A stretch of 64,000 nucleotides of DNA from Cycas panzhihuaensis (Eukaryota; Plantae; Cycadophyta), in contig CM041465.1 in NCBI GenBank assembly GCA_023213395.1, forward strand, positions 205,041,741 to 205,105,740, read 5' to 3'. The notes beneath the pieces are model-generated. The model was not told the origin of the DNA, did not search any database, and saw only the letters and a program-made list of their open reading frames with translations. This document shows, piece by piece, positions 14,066 to 27,817 of the stretch (position 1 is its first letter; each line of letters starts with the position of its first letter). The translations under genes and the position numbers were made by a program.

Positions 14066-16915
14066 ACATTCTAGTAAATGGATATGGTTGATGGGCTACC
14101 TTATATTGTAGTGGACAAAGATATTTGTAAAGGTTGTCTCCTAAGAAAACAACATAGAGAAAGTTTTTTAGATGGTAGCTATAGAGTAAAAGGACCATTC
14201 CATCTAATCTGTACAGATCTTTGTGGCCCTATGTATGTTCCTTCACTAACATGTGCTAAATACTTTCTTATATTCATTGATGATTATACAAGGAAAACTT
14301 GGGTCTATTTCTTAAAGTTTAAATCAAATGCATTTAATTACTTTTCCAACTTCAAAGCCTTTGTGGAGAGGTAAAGTGGATATAAAATACTCTCCTTAAG
14401 ATTAAAAAATGGGGGAGAGTTTATTTCAAATGAGTTTGATGCCTATTTTACCCATCATGGCATAAGGAGACAACTCACCAATCCTTATACCCCTAAATAA
14501 AATAGGGTGGTTGAACAAAAGAATTGTACCATAGTTGAAATGGATAGGTGCATGTTGAAAGATAAAAAGTTGGGACATGAATTCTGGGCAGAGGTTGTCC
14601 AGACTACTGTTTATCTACTCAATAGGTATACCACCAAGGCCCTTAGGTGGATGACACCTAAAGAAGTATGGACTAGATATAAACCTAGTATCCGCCATTT
14701 AAGAGTCTTTGGTTACCTAGCTTACGTCCATGTCCTTGATGAGTCTCTATGACTTGATTCATAAGGGCAAAGTTCACCCTATGAGAATGAGTAGATCTTC
14801 TATTATAGTCATTATCTAGAATATTATCCAAGTTATGGTTCCTTTGAATGCATCTAGGAAATCTTTGTGGTGGAGGTTCCCTCCCCACTTGGTATACTAA
14901 TGCTCTATCTGGAATCATGTCTATGTGGCATATATATAGACCCAGCTATTGAATTAATGTTTATCATAATACCTTTTCCTTTATCTTGATCAAAATCAAA
15001 GTGATAACAATCATTATTTTTAAACATAATGTCCCTACTTACCAGGACTTTTTGTGCTTTAGAATCATATACTTTATAAGATTTAGAAGTATTATTATGG
15101 CCAATAAATATATATTTAATGCTTTTATCATCTAGCTTAGTCCTAAGAAATCAAAAGAGGAGGCTACTACACATGATGATTGGAGAAAATCCATGGAAGA
15201 TGAATATAATTCCATAGTAAAGAATAATACATGGGAACTTATTGACCTTCCTCCAAACAAAAATCCTATTGGTACCAAATGGGTCTATAAGACTAAATTT
15301 AGATCTGATAGATGGATTGATAAATATAAGGATAGACTCATAGCTAAAGGATATGCCTAAAGGGAAGGCATAGACTATAACAAAACCTTTGCTATTATTG
15401 CTTATATGGAGACAATTTGTATGATGTTAAGTTTGGCTACCCAAATGGGTTAGAATGTTCATTAAAATGGATGTTAATTATCCATTCCTTAATGGGTATA
15501 TTGAAGAAGATATCTATGTCCATCGGCCACCAGGTTTTGAAGTTAGGGAAAATAAGGCAAAGTGCACAAATTAAAAAGACACTCTATGGATTAAAACAAG
15601 CACCCAAGGCATGTTACTCTCAGATCGATAAGTATTTTAGAGATTATTGATTCAAAAGAACCCAATAGTTTCCAAATTTATACATCTAGATCAAAGGAGA
15701 TTCCATGTCGATAGTGGGACTTTAAGTAGATGACCTTATCTATATAGGAAATGATTCCTATCTCTCACAAAAGTTTAAAGATAATATGTGTAAAGAATTT
15801 GAAATGACTAACTTGGGCTTGATGTATTACTTCTTAGGATTGGAAGTGTGGTAAGATGATGATGGTATTTTTATTTCCTAAAGAAAGTATACCTTAGACT
15901 TACTCTAAAAGTTCAAGATGAATGATTATAAAACCTTAGCTATACCTACTAAAGTTGGTATTAAGTTATCTAAATATGATAATTTTACACTAGTGGATCC
16001 TACTCTTTATAGACAATTAATTGGTAGCCTGATATATTTAATGTCAACACGACCTGACATTATGCATGCAATTAGTGTAGTTTCAAGATTCATGTAAGAT
16101 CCTAAATCTACTCATTGGCAAGCAACTCAGAGGATCTTATGATACTTAAAGGGTATAATATATTATGGGTTTTGTTACAAATCTTCGCCAAACTTTAGGT
16201 TGATTGGATATACAAACTCTGATTGGGCAAGATATATTGATGACAGAAAATCTACTTCGAGATATGTATTCAGTTTAGGCTTACCATCCATTACATAGAG
16301 CACAAAGAAATAAAATATGGTTTTCTTATCTATAGCAAAAGTATGATACAAAGCAGTAGTTTTAGGTGCATATGAGACAATATGGTTATGATGACTTCTA
16401 CATGATCTTTAAATAGAATAGAAAGGCACAACCAATATTTGGTGTGATAAGTAAAGCACCATTTAGATGACTCATAATCTAGTTTTCCATGGTAGAACTA
16501 AGCACATTGAGACTCAATATCACTTCATTCAAGAATTGGTCCAAGCAAGTGAAATTGAGTTAGTGCATTACAACACATAAGACCAAATGATAGATATCTT
16601 CATAAATCCATTGGGAAAAATCAAGTTCCATAAATTCAGAGAGAAAGTTAGAGTCATACATAATAGATATTATGGGGGAGAATATTAGACTAATGTCTAT
16701 TATAATGTATCTATGTGAAAAGGTGTCTTGGAAAGTAGTGAACTACCACCAACTAACTTTGAGTCACCTTAAGCCATCCTTAAGCTGACAAGATAAGTTA
16801 TGTATTTTAATTTATTACTTTTTTAATATTTGACTAACGATCGAGTTGAGGCAGACTACTGCCTCCCTAAAAATCTATAAATATATTGGGTGTACCACCC
16901 TGATATTTTTTAACA
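14066..16915 (+). mobile_element. Element C: 5'-truncated Ty1/copia (integrase-RT-RNase H, PPT, probable 3' LTR 16683-16915)
   Basis: MVDGLP; LICTDLCGPM..FIDDYTRKTWVYFL (integrase); WELIDLPPNKNPIGTKWVYK (RT); HGRTKHIETQYHFIQE (RNase H); PPT TGGGGGAG at ~16673-16680. Confidence 0.92.
14740..15147 (-). other. Inverted SH3/linker segment of copia C
   Basis: Minus strand reads RTKLDDKSIKYIFIGHNNTSKSYKVYD ... VNFALMNQVIET, while the flanking pol reads on the + strand. Breakpoints approximate. Confidence 0.88.
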
Positions 16916-19900
16916 TTGCCTGATTACTACTTCAATATGGCTTAAAAAGATTTGATCTACTCTGTCCTCTATAATCAACAAATGCATGGGTCACTAGTTG
17001 CTGCAACTGTCAGTTGAGTAGGAACTCTCTTTGTGTATGTGATACCATCAATGCCAACAAGAGTGGCTATAAAGTGATCCCACCCCTTTCTTATATGGGA
17101 ATGCAAGCAGCCTTTAAGTGAAAAATATGCAAATGGCAAGAGTAGCTTTTAAAAGTGTGTCATACCTCTTGCTAAATAAGACTATCACTTCTTCAGCATC
17201 TAATGGCTGAAAATACAATAGGCTTTATGGCCTCAAATTTGTTATATGGGCTAAAAAATACCTCTTTGGGCTTTACAACATGCCATTATGGGTAAAATAA
17301 CCAGTAATAAATGTTTTTATATTACTAAAAAATGATAGATGTGACTTAAATTGTTACATGAATGACTCTCTCTTATATAATAAAGTTTAAAATGAAACTC
17401 AATGGGTTCTCAAAAGTAAAAAATTAGACTTTAGTACATGTTATTCACTCCATTTGGGATATATTACATTAAAAAATACCATGGAACCTCAAGAATTATA
17501 TGAAAGTGCTTAAAGAAACTGAAACATAAAGTAAGATGAATATTTAACAAAAACTTTAAACTAAGAAATTTGCATCAAAACAACTCCAAAAAGTGTCAAA
17601 TAACCTACCAACAGAAATAACTCTTTGTTACAAATCCAACGCAATATATATGAGTAAAAACAAAGCCTTCTAACTCAAGATATCATCAAAACTACAATAA
17701 GTAGTCCATGAAAACTAAAGATAGGGGGCTAGCCCCTTTTACTGGCTAATTATTGATTCTATAACGTCTCCATATGACTTGGGGCTAAAGCATAAAGGGG
17801 CTAAGAAGACCCAAAATAATTATGTAATATAGTTTAATTCAGTTTTGAATATGTAAAAAATATTAACACTCTTAAAATAATTAATGCCCGCTTATCAAAA
17901 AAATACATTGAATATCAAAATATTAACTATTAAAAACCCTATTAGGGTCTGGATGATAAAATGATTTTCATCCACCACCATAGATGAATGAAGTTACAAG
18001 TCTTTACCATTCTATGAGGCACCATAGATGAAGTGATTATAGGGACACCTTTATTGCAGTGATGAGGTAGTGATGATAGTGATGGCAAGCCAACATCATA
18101 TTTATAGGGGGTCAATATGGATGGAGATGAAGAAGGTAGCTACTATATAAATGGCTATGCAGATGCCACCATTGATTTTTAGTATTGTGGGGTGCTATTA
18201 TCTTTACATGTAGCTACCATTGATGGTCTATATTTTCCATTTATTCTTATGTAATAGGTATGCATGGTGAGGAACATTTAGCATAATGAGGGGGTTTATG
18301 ATGCAGGGCTGAAATGACTTTTAACTCTGAGCACATTTTTATTCCATGAACTTGAAGCCAAGTTCCTCCTCCACTAGGCTCATGTAAAATGGAACTAGCG
18401 CCTACTAGATTTGAATTTACAGATTTCTCAACCAAAGAGAGATTTATAGGCTGCAAATACCAACTAGGATTCCTTGAAGGCCATACATAAGGTATCATGG
18501 ATTCTTGTTGATGTATAGTGTTACATCTGCTCTACACATTTCAGGGATGAGCTTCTATTGTATCAATAGTGGATAAAGTATTAACCCTATAATATGAAGC
18601 CATGAAATTGCAATATGCTCTTGTGTTATTATAATGGATATAAGAAAAGTAGTGGTCTTTTTAGATAGCCATAACTATGGATCTTCTAACTCATATGTTG
18701 TTGCCAATATTGTGAATACGAGCACTCCTACCATAAATAATGCAAAGTAGAGATTGATAATTATTTTGATTGTCTATTGGATGATTACTTCTATTTGGAT
18801 GAATTCTTTAATATAGCCAACAACCAAAATTTTAGAAAATGCCATTTTTAGCAAGCCTTGATCCCTGGAAAATAGGACATCTAATCTCCTTAGTCATTCT
18901 TTGCATGGGACAGTCTTGTAGAGGATCTTGAATGAAGGAATTTTCTAAAAATAGATGCCATTGAGATTTCATACACAGTTGTGCAGTAATCTTCAAGCCT
19001 CAACATGTAAGAGATTTGTCAAGACTCCAACAAAATTTATACAAGCCATTATATAACCACAGATCTAATCTCCACACATAGTTATTGGAGACAAACCTAG
19101 CTTTTTTGTAATAAAAAAGCAAGTTCCTAAGTGTAGAAGCTTGATGGATGTAGTAGTATATAAATTTTTTCTTTTTTTTTCTTTTTTGTTTTTTGATAAA
19201 TAGCCAAAAAAACACTCCTTCAACTACTACAAGCATTTCTATTATAATTTGCCTAATGGCATACAAGGAGATTATTTCATAACAATTGCATATGCACATA
19301 AACTCCTCCTTATTGATAGCAAATAAGCCGATTCTATAGGATGATCATGTCTGCATAAATAGCTAATCTGTAGCAGCTTTAAAACACCTTCAATAACCTA
19401 AAAAACCATAAACAATGAAACTTTTAATAACTCTTAATAACTTCATAATAATATAAAAAAAACTACCCATTGAAATAAAAAAAAAACCCCAAATATTCAA
19501 TAAAAATTCCTTAATAAATATGCACCATGTTAGTTTTTTATAACTTGAAATGAACCTTTAAAAACATATCACAATACATGCATAATATAGGTTCCTTAAA
19601 ATAATAATAAGAATGAAAGATAACAAGTACTAAGGTTTATAATGATGCCTTCAAGGATTGATCCTTGGGCTCTAATACCATGTTAAGAATTGAAAATGCA
19701 ATATACATAACATCTAATGGTGAGTAAAAGATAAAGCAATAAAATACAAGGAAGATAAAATATATACATAAATAAATACCATAAGTGGAGAATTGACCAA
19801 AACTCAATTAGAGAGAATAAAAAAGTGTATACTTATAGTACATGCTCACCTTTAGTGAGAGAACATTATTAGTTAACTTAGAGATGACACACATCTCTAG

Positions 19901-22900
19901 GTGGCCAACAATCTCAAATATAAAAATACAAATAATAAAGAGAGATTACATAGGGGTAATTTATGTAATTGAGTATTACACCAAAAAATAAAATATAATT
20001 ATATTCAAAATTAAAATTACAAAATTTTCATGAAATTGATGCACCAAAAGTCTAGTGTTAGGTTTTAATTATCATTTCCTTTTATGCACCTTTTTATGTG
20101 TAGGGTATTTGTGATTATTTAAGTGTGTGTTATAGGACATGTGGTATTTGTACCTATCTTTTGTTGTTAGCTCTATTATTCCAATCTCTCTACTAAAAGT
20201 TTTACAGATATGGCATTTGGTAAATGAGTGACACTGGAGTATTCTTCTTGATTAATTGAGTGGTGTCTTTCTCAACTTTGAGGTTAGTGCACTGTCATCA
20301 CTATATACTATTGAGGAGTGTAGTGTCTCTATCATATGCATTCTTGTCTATTAGGTCATGTAGGCCTCTGTATCCTCTCCTTATATGTTTTGTAAGTTGC
20401 CTCATATGGTCATTGTGATTATGGGATTCTATGTGCCTTACTACCATATCCATATTGTGTGACCTCTCATGATTATCTCTTTTTCATAGTTATGGCATGT
20501 GAAGCCTTATCCTTTGTCTCTTTTAATTGTGTTGGATATCTTCTTGGTTTAGACATATTATAAATCTATGTGCCTTCTCTCAAAAAATTCACTATGATTT
20601 CTATTACCTCATCTACTTCAAACATCTTTGTTGTTTATCCATGGTGTGATTGTATTCTACCATATTTCTATAAGATGTAGATACATAGTAGGCCACCTTC
20701 GTTAGAGTTTATGGCTGGTATATAGGTGACTTGGATCAATGGTGTAACTATAGTTGATGATGACTGGGTTACTAAAATGAATAGCCACCTTTTGTATGCA
20801 TAATTTACTTAAGAATAGATGCATATATGGATAATGTACATATATAGGCTTTCTCTCCCTAATGTATTTTATAAAAGTATAGGACATATCTACAACACAT
20901 TAATGCTTTGATCCATTCAACAATCTCCCTAAAAATAGGCCTAGTCAAATGTAATAACTTAGATCCCAATGGAAAATTAATATAGCAAAGGTTTGAAATG
21001 ATATAAACACCAAGACAAACATTTATCAAATGTTAATAATAATGAAAAATACTATGCTAAGATATCCTATGCATATATATTATTCTATATATAATAAACA
21101 TTTATTTCATATGATAGACCAAACCCCTAAATCTCTTCCTCCTTTTTATTAAATATTAAAGGATGATTATGGAGGATTCATAGCTGTATATGAATTATTT
21201 AAACAAAGAGACTCTTAATATTGCCATGACTGCATATCTATATAAATATTCTATATTTTTACCAAAGAAGATATGCCCATATTTATGAGCTATATGGATG
21301 GCTAGTCCCATAACTCTTTCTTCATATTGTAGGGATTTTATTTCTAAAAATAATCCCCTCCTTGTTGATAATAGACATGCTACTTCTCTAGGGTGATCAT
21401 GCTTGCATAAGTAGCTAATCTACCCTATTTTTCTCCATAAAGAATAGCTAAAAAATCTTTTAACATGGTAATTTTACCTTGTTTGTTTCCCCTTCTTTCT
21501 ACAACTCTAAATAGGCTCTGTAATAACTTCAAAAATGGTTCTTTTAGTAGCTTCTAATTACTTCAAAACAACCTTGCAATAACTTCAAAACAAGCCTTAT
21601 AACAACATCAAGATAACCTTTAATCGTGGCCAAAAAATATGATGAAATAACCCTAAAAAACTTTAGAGAATAGTAATGATAACAATCCATAAATGTGTAT
21701 AAAATATAATAAAATACAACCTTCAAATATATTGAAAAAAATTCTTTAAATAGATAAATTAGATCACTAAAATAGGCATAAAATTAGGTTCCTAAAACAA
21801 TATTCAAATATTATAAGTAATAGAAAAATAGGACTTGAAATATTGCCATTAAGGATTAAACCTTAGGCTCTAATACCACTTGTTAAAAAATATGAAATAA
21901 TAGATCTGATATCATGTTAGAATATGAAATAACTATGATAACAATGGATAGCTATGATGAGTGAAAGAATAATAAAATGAAGTACTAGAAAGATGAAACA
22001 TATACAAGTTAACATAATAATAGTTGAAGAATGGTCAAATCTTAAATTAGAATAAAGATGATATACATACTTAATAATATAGATCACCACATATATGAGA
22101 ACTTTTAAGGTCAATTGTTATGTATTGTCATATATTTCTATGTGGTACACATCACAAGAAGACCTAAAATATAAAATATAAATAACTATAAGAGAGTATG
22201 AATAGGGCCTTGTAGGTAATTGGATATTACACCTAACAATTACCCTCAATTAAACTTATAGAAGTTTTAAGTTAAAATTTAATATAGCAAGGCCCTTTTA
22301 GTGGTATTACAAGGTATAAAATTAACAACATAAAGGGGAAAAAGTCCCTTAGGCCTTAAAACACTAATATAACCTAAGGACTAACTTTAAAGTTTTAATA
22401 TTTTATCATTGTATTAAGAACTTTTCATTTATTTTACCTTTAACTTATACTAGAGATAATTATTTATGTGTATTAACTGACTCAATAGAGGCATAAATGC
22501 ATATATTAGGTCAAGATTATATTAGATCTTATACGATTAAGATTTTTTCTTTTGATATGTGTTTTAGAAGTTGATGATAATTTCTTTTAAAATGTTCTTT
22601 GTTATATTCCTAAAACTGAATAGTTTTAGGTTTACTCTCCTATCTCTAATTCTACTTTTGATTATTTATTTGTTCTAAAGTTCTCCTAAATGAACCTTCA
22701 TAGGTATAACTTCTCTTTCTATTATTGTCATAATAATTATTTAGTTTTCTTTTCTCATAGGTTTTTTTTTTATGTTGAAAGATGTCACTCTTGCGAGTGC
22801 CTTCCTACTCGTGTAGCTATTCTTTCCTTTTTCTTTTACCCAATCTTTGTTCTTCATACCTCTTAGTAAAGGTGGTAGCTTCATCTATAAAATTAAGTTT

Positions 22901-23739
22901 TCTACACAAGGCATTGGCATAGTATTTTAATTAAGCCTATTTATAAATCTCATGAGTTTATCTTTACCTTGGATAAAAGGTACAAATCTATTTAAGGTTA
23001 TAAATTATTCTTTATATTCCCCCATGTTAAGGATTTTTTATTTTAAATTATAAAATTCATTTAGTTTATTTTGGAGGAAGTTTTTAAAAATAAATTTATC
23101 ATAAAACTTATTTTTAAATTTCTTATATGAGATCAACTCAAATCTTCTCTTATGACTTCAAAATATTGGAATATATGATATCTTTATATATGTGACATGT
23201 ATGATTATTCATGTAAACATTCTATTAGATAATAAAAAGGCTTAAAAGATATTGTAGGCTATTCATGAGGTGACATCTCTATAAATATATATACATACCA
23301 CTTGATAACTTAAAAAATGATTGAAAACAAAAATTGACTTGGAGACGTAATTATTTGATATCATAAATAAGAGCTCTTAACTCTAACCTTTTCTTATAAT
23401 TTTCTCCACACTGGGTTTTTCACGTATAAATCTATTATCTCTTGTGTTATATACATGCTTTTTGATGTTTATATTATTGCTTGATATATTTATCTTTTTT
23501 TTTTTTTGGTTTTGGTAAAAAATAGAAGGGGTTTTAATAGGTCTCCAAACCTTTTATAGAATTTGCCTTTTGTTTAGGAATAGAAGGGCCATGACATGCC
23601 ATGGCCTAGTAAAACTGGACATCCATTGTAACTCTAAAAGCCATGATAAGCCTAATGGATAACTCTCCCAATCTTAAGCTAATACATCTAATCTGACCAG
23701 ACTTAGAAGCTCCTCTGGGAAGTTCTCTTTCTAAACCCT

Positions 23740-26700
23740 CATTCTTTTGTTTGAAACCACCCAATTGGCAAGCTAATTGATAGCTGTGTTACCCTCTCTA
23801 TATATGTGCCAAATCTAAGTATATTATTTGGATCTTAAAACATCCTGAGCATCCCTCACTATGTCCATATTATTCTAATTAGCCTTAGTATCCCCCCTAA
23901 GGATTTTGACCACGTTTAACAAATCTCCTTCAATCATCATCTTATCACAATCATCCTCATTTTCCATAGTCCCTACTCTTTGTATAGCCTTTAGTTAAGC
24001 ACTATGGTTTGTCTGTTGGCTATAGTATTTCGCAAAGGCCTATCTCACCCTATCGTCTGAATATCTGTAGAGGCTACCCCCTCTAGCCTCACCAAGATTA
24101 CCTTTTGACACCCCATCAAAATTTATTTTAACCTAATTATCTATAGGTAGGTGCCAAGGGCACTTCCTTCTTCTCACTCTAATTATATTTGGTCTTCTTA
24201 TCACTCAACCATCCATGATACTTCCCTCCCCTTTCAAAAGTCTTTCCTCATCTGAGGGTTTTAGAATTTCCACTGTTGCCACACAAATCACATTGTAGAG
24301 CCTAAACTCGTCCAAATCCTTCCCTTAAAATATTCTTCTATTTTGTTCCTTCCATACGGTCCATCCCACTATTGGCAAGATTAATTTCCATAACAAACCT
24401 CATCCATTGATCTATCAGGGTCTTAGGACACACCCACAATATCCCTAGTTTGGACCAGATATAGGCCTAAATTCTCCTAAAAAAGGAGCAATAAATATTG
24501 ATATGGTCCAACATCTCCTCTTCCTTCTTGCAAAGCACATATCTGTTTGGCATGGTGAAAGCTCACCTATGAAGATTATCTATAGTTAATATATTATTCT
24601 ACAGACATAGCCGCCAGAAGATTGCCACCTTGGGGATGAGACCCTACTTCCATACTCCTGCCAACAATGGGTTCTTTCCAATCCCCTCCTTCAAACATAT
24701 GGCTTGGTAACCTTCCTTTATAGTATACTCCCCATAAGGGGAATTTGACCATATAATTGTATCAACCATGGGCCTTTTTGGGATATAACATTGATCAAGC
24801 TCTCTCTTAAGGGTTCAAATATTTTCCTCTAAATCTTGAATCCCTTATAGCTCCTCTAAGGATCTCCATGCTCTATTTTTACCATGACCCTCCTAGTAAT
24901 CCCTAACCATCATACCAAACATATCTTCACAAATACCTTGCAACTTACCAATGTTGGGTCTATCTTTCAATTGGTAGTTTCCACACCATTTATCCTCCCA
25001 AAAATTAATGCTTTCCCCATTTTCCAACTTCCATCTCATGCTTGAAATTAGAATAAGTCTCGAATGAGTCAAGCTCTTCTAAATTGGGGACCTAAAAACC
25101 TACCCCACCTCATCTTTTAAGAAGTGCCTACCCCTTATGTATTTTTTAGCAATGATCTTGCCCCATTATCCACCTTCATCTTTCACTAGTCTCCAGCCTA
25201 GCTTGGCTACTAGGGCCCTATTAAAGGACCCTAGTCTTTTTATGTTAAGCCCATCTGCCCATCTGGGCATGCATACTTTAACCTAAGATACCAAGTGGAT
25301 TCTATCCTTTTCTTCTATATCAGACTAGAGGAATCTTTTTTGAATGCCTTCTAAGATCGATATGACCTTGCTTAGAAACTTAGATATTGACATCATATAC
25401 ACTAGGACAATCTATAGAGAGTTAGTCACTAGTTGAATCTTACTAGCTTGACTGAGGAAGGATCCTTTCTAGCCAGCCATTTTCCTTTGGATCCTATCCA
25501 CAATAGGATCCCATAGCACCGTACTCATATTTCCTAAAAATAGTGGCATCCCTAGGTAGGTAATTGGAAGGGGTCTAATGGGGATATCCATCTCCCTACT
25601 AATCTTGCTTTGCATTCTCTCATGGATATTTATAAGGAAGATAGAGCTCTTCTCCAAGTTTATTCTTTGGTTTGTAGCCCTCTCATAGGCCTGGAGACTA
25701 GCCTTAAGTGCTCTAGCTTGACCTAAAGCCACCTTTCCTAGAAAGATGTTGTCATCAATGAACTAATGATGGACAATATTATTTATGCCAGGTATGGGCT
25801 TTAATCTAGTCACCCAACTTTTCATCCTGGCCTCTTTGATGGTTCTCCCTAAAATTTTTTCCATAATAATAAAAAGGTAGGTGGATAAAGGATCCTCTTG
25901 CCTTAATCCTCTAAAACTAGGGAAGAAGAGAGTTAAAGTGCCATTTATTAAGATAGAATATGAGGGATTGGATATACAACACCCCATCCATTCCCTCCAA
26001 ACCTCATCAAATCCAAATGCCTGAAGATAATTAGTTAAGCAGTCCTAAGCCACCCAATCGTAAGCTTTAGACATGTCAATTTTCATAATCATACCAGCTT
26101 CTTTTCTCTGCTGGACCAAATGAACCGTCTTGTGGCCACTATAATACCATCCAAGATTTGTCTGCCCTTAACACATCCATCCTAATTTAGAGATATGATG
26201 AGCGACATGCATTCCTTCAATCTATTCGTTAGAATTTTAGCCAAACTTTTGTATTTTATATTACAGAGGCTTATCGGTCTAAACTCTTCCATAGCTTTCA
26301 CCCCTTCCTTCCTTGGGATCAACACCAAGAAGGTAGCCCGCCACTCCTTTAGAAATGTTTTAGGTCAATTTTAGGTCTTCCTTGATTATGTCCTAGAATT
26401 CTTATAAAAACCCTAGAGGAAAACCATCTGGCTAAGGAGCTTTGTCCCAACCCATATTAAAGAGGGCCTTCTCCACTTGCTCTAATGAAAAGGGTTCCTT
26501 TAGCCATCTATTTTGGTCTTCATTAATCAGCTTAGGGATATATCTAATAAGTTCCCTTCTTAAGTCCATCTCTTGACACTTAGGTTCTTCAAATAAATTC
26601 TTGAAGTAGTCCACTGCTATACCTTTAATTTCCTCTTCCATCTTATGATTAACCCCATCCCTACTACTTAGATTATTTATTCTGTTGTAAGACCTATGTT

Positions 26701-27817
26701 TTAGAGTAGTCATATAAAAAGACTTAGTGTTTTTGTCTCCCTCTACCAGCCAAAGGGCTTTAAACTTCTACTTCCAGTGGGTTTCCTCCTTGGCCAACAC
26801 ATCTTCTAGGTTTTTTGTAACTAAACGTTCTATGTGGTCTAAAGTGTGGGAGCTACCTTCCTATTGGATTTTACCCTTAATCACATTAAGCTCCCCTAGA
26901 AGCCTACTTTTAGCAATAAAAATATTGCCAAAGGCTTCTTTATTCCAAGATTTAATTTACCTTTTCACCTAATTTAACTCCTTTGAGAACCTAAATATAG
27001 CATGCCCTTCCATCGAGATACTCCACCATTCCTTAACCTGGTCCCTGAGGTTTGGATGTCTTAGCCACATAAGATTGAACTGAAAGTGGGCCTCGTGGTG
27101 TTTTCCTAAAGTGTTAAACTCCAGCATTAGAGGTGAATAATTAGAGGCCACCTTTGGTAGGGCTTCTAATTTGATATCTTCATGGAGCCTCATCCATTCA
27201 TAGTTGATTAATACCCTATCTAGCTTTATCTAGATGTGGTTAATCCCCAATCTCATGTTTGACCAAGTGTACCTAGCCTCTCTCAGTGGAATATCCATTA
27301 GACCATATTTTTGTAAGAAATCACCTAGGTTTGTCATGCTCCTAGACCATCCCTATTGTTCCCCTTTCTTTTCTCCCAAGGATAAGGCCATATTTAAGTC
27401 CCCTGCTACTAGCTAGGGGCCCTTCTAATCTTGATGGGCTTCCACAATCTTATCCCAAAGATTCTTTCTACCTTCTGATGTTGTTAGAGCATAAATATTA
27501 ATGGCTAGCCATTGGATATTCGTTCTCTTGCAAGTAAAGCATACAATCATAAAGTGTTCTTCTTGAACCATACCTATCTCATGCCAAACTCTTTGGTTCC
27601 AGAGTATTGTCATACCACTCAAGCTTAGAGACCCTTCTTTTGCTAGCATCTCTCCATTCCTCCATACCTTGTTTTTTACCTCTAAACCTTTATCTCTCTC
27701 TAGTTTCATTTCCTGTAACATCATAATATCCCCTCCCATTCTAGCTCTTAAATCCTTGACAACTCTTTACTTTAAGGGGGCATTTAAGCCCTTAATATTC
27801 TAGGAAATAATCCTCAT
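23740..27817 (-). pseudogene. LINE ORF2 (APE endonuclease, RT, zf-RVT, RNase H)
   Basis: Starts MRIIS*NIKGLN. Motifs DIMMLQE; RGLRQEDPLSTYLF; INLEKSSIF..LPITYLGMPL; INFDGVSKGNLG; HIYREGN. Many stops; 3' end approximate. Confidence 0.92.

Larger units (their letters stand above)
13758..19987 (-). mobile_element. Element B: non-autonomous LTR element related to A2 and nested inside it
   Basis: LTRs 13758-14065 and 19681-~19987. PBS rc GCTCTAATACCA at 19669-19680. Near-TSD atcaa/ataaa. Internal 17200-17800 resembles A2 12980-13640, and 19330-19680 resembles 21385-21880. Confidence 0.75.
12286..22238 (-). mobile_element. Element A2: non-autonomous LTR element hosting nested elements B and C
   Basis: LTRs 12286-12642 and 21881-22238. 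Perfect TSD ATTAC (12281-12285 and 22239-22243). tRNAi-Met PBS (rc GCTCTAATACCA) at 21867-21878. Confidence 0.9.

Noticed and set aside
20050-21300. Additional LTR-like pieces inside A2
   Set aside because: No paired LTR or TSD could be established by eye.
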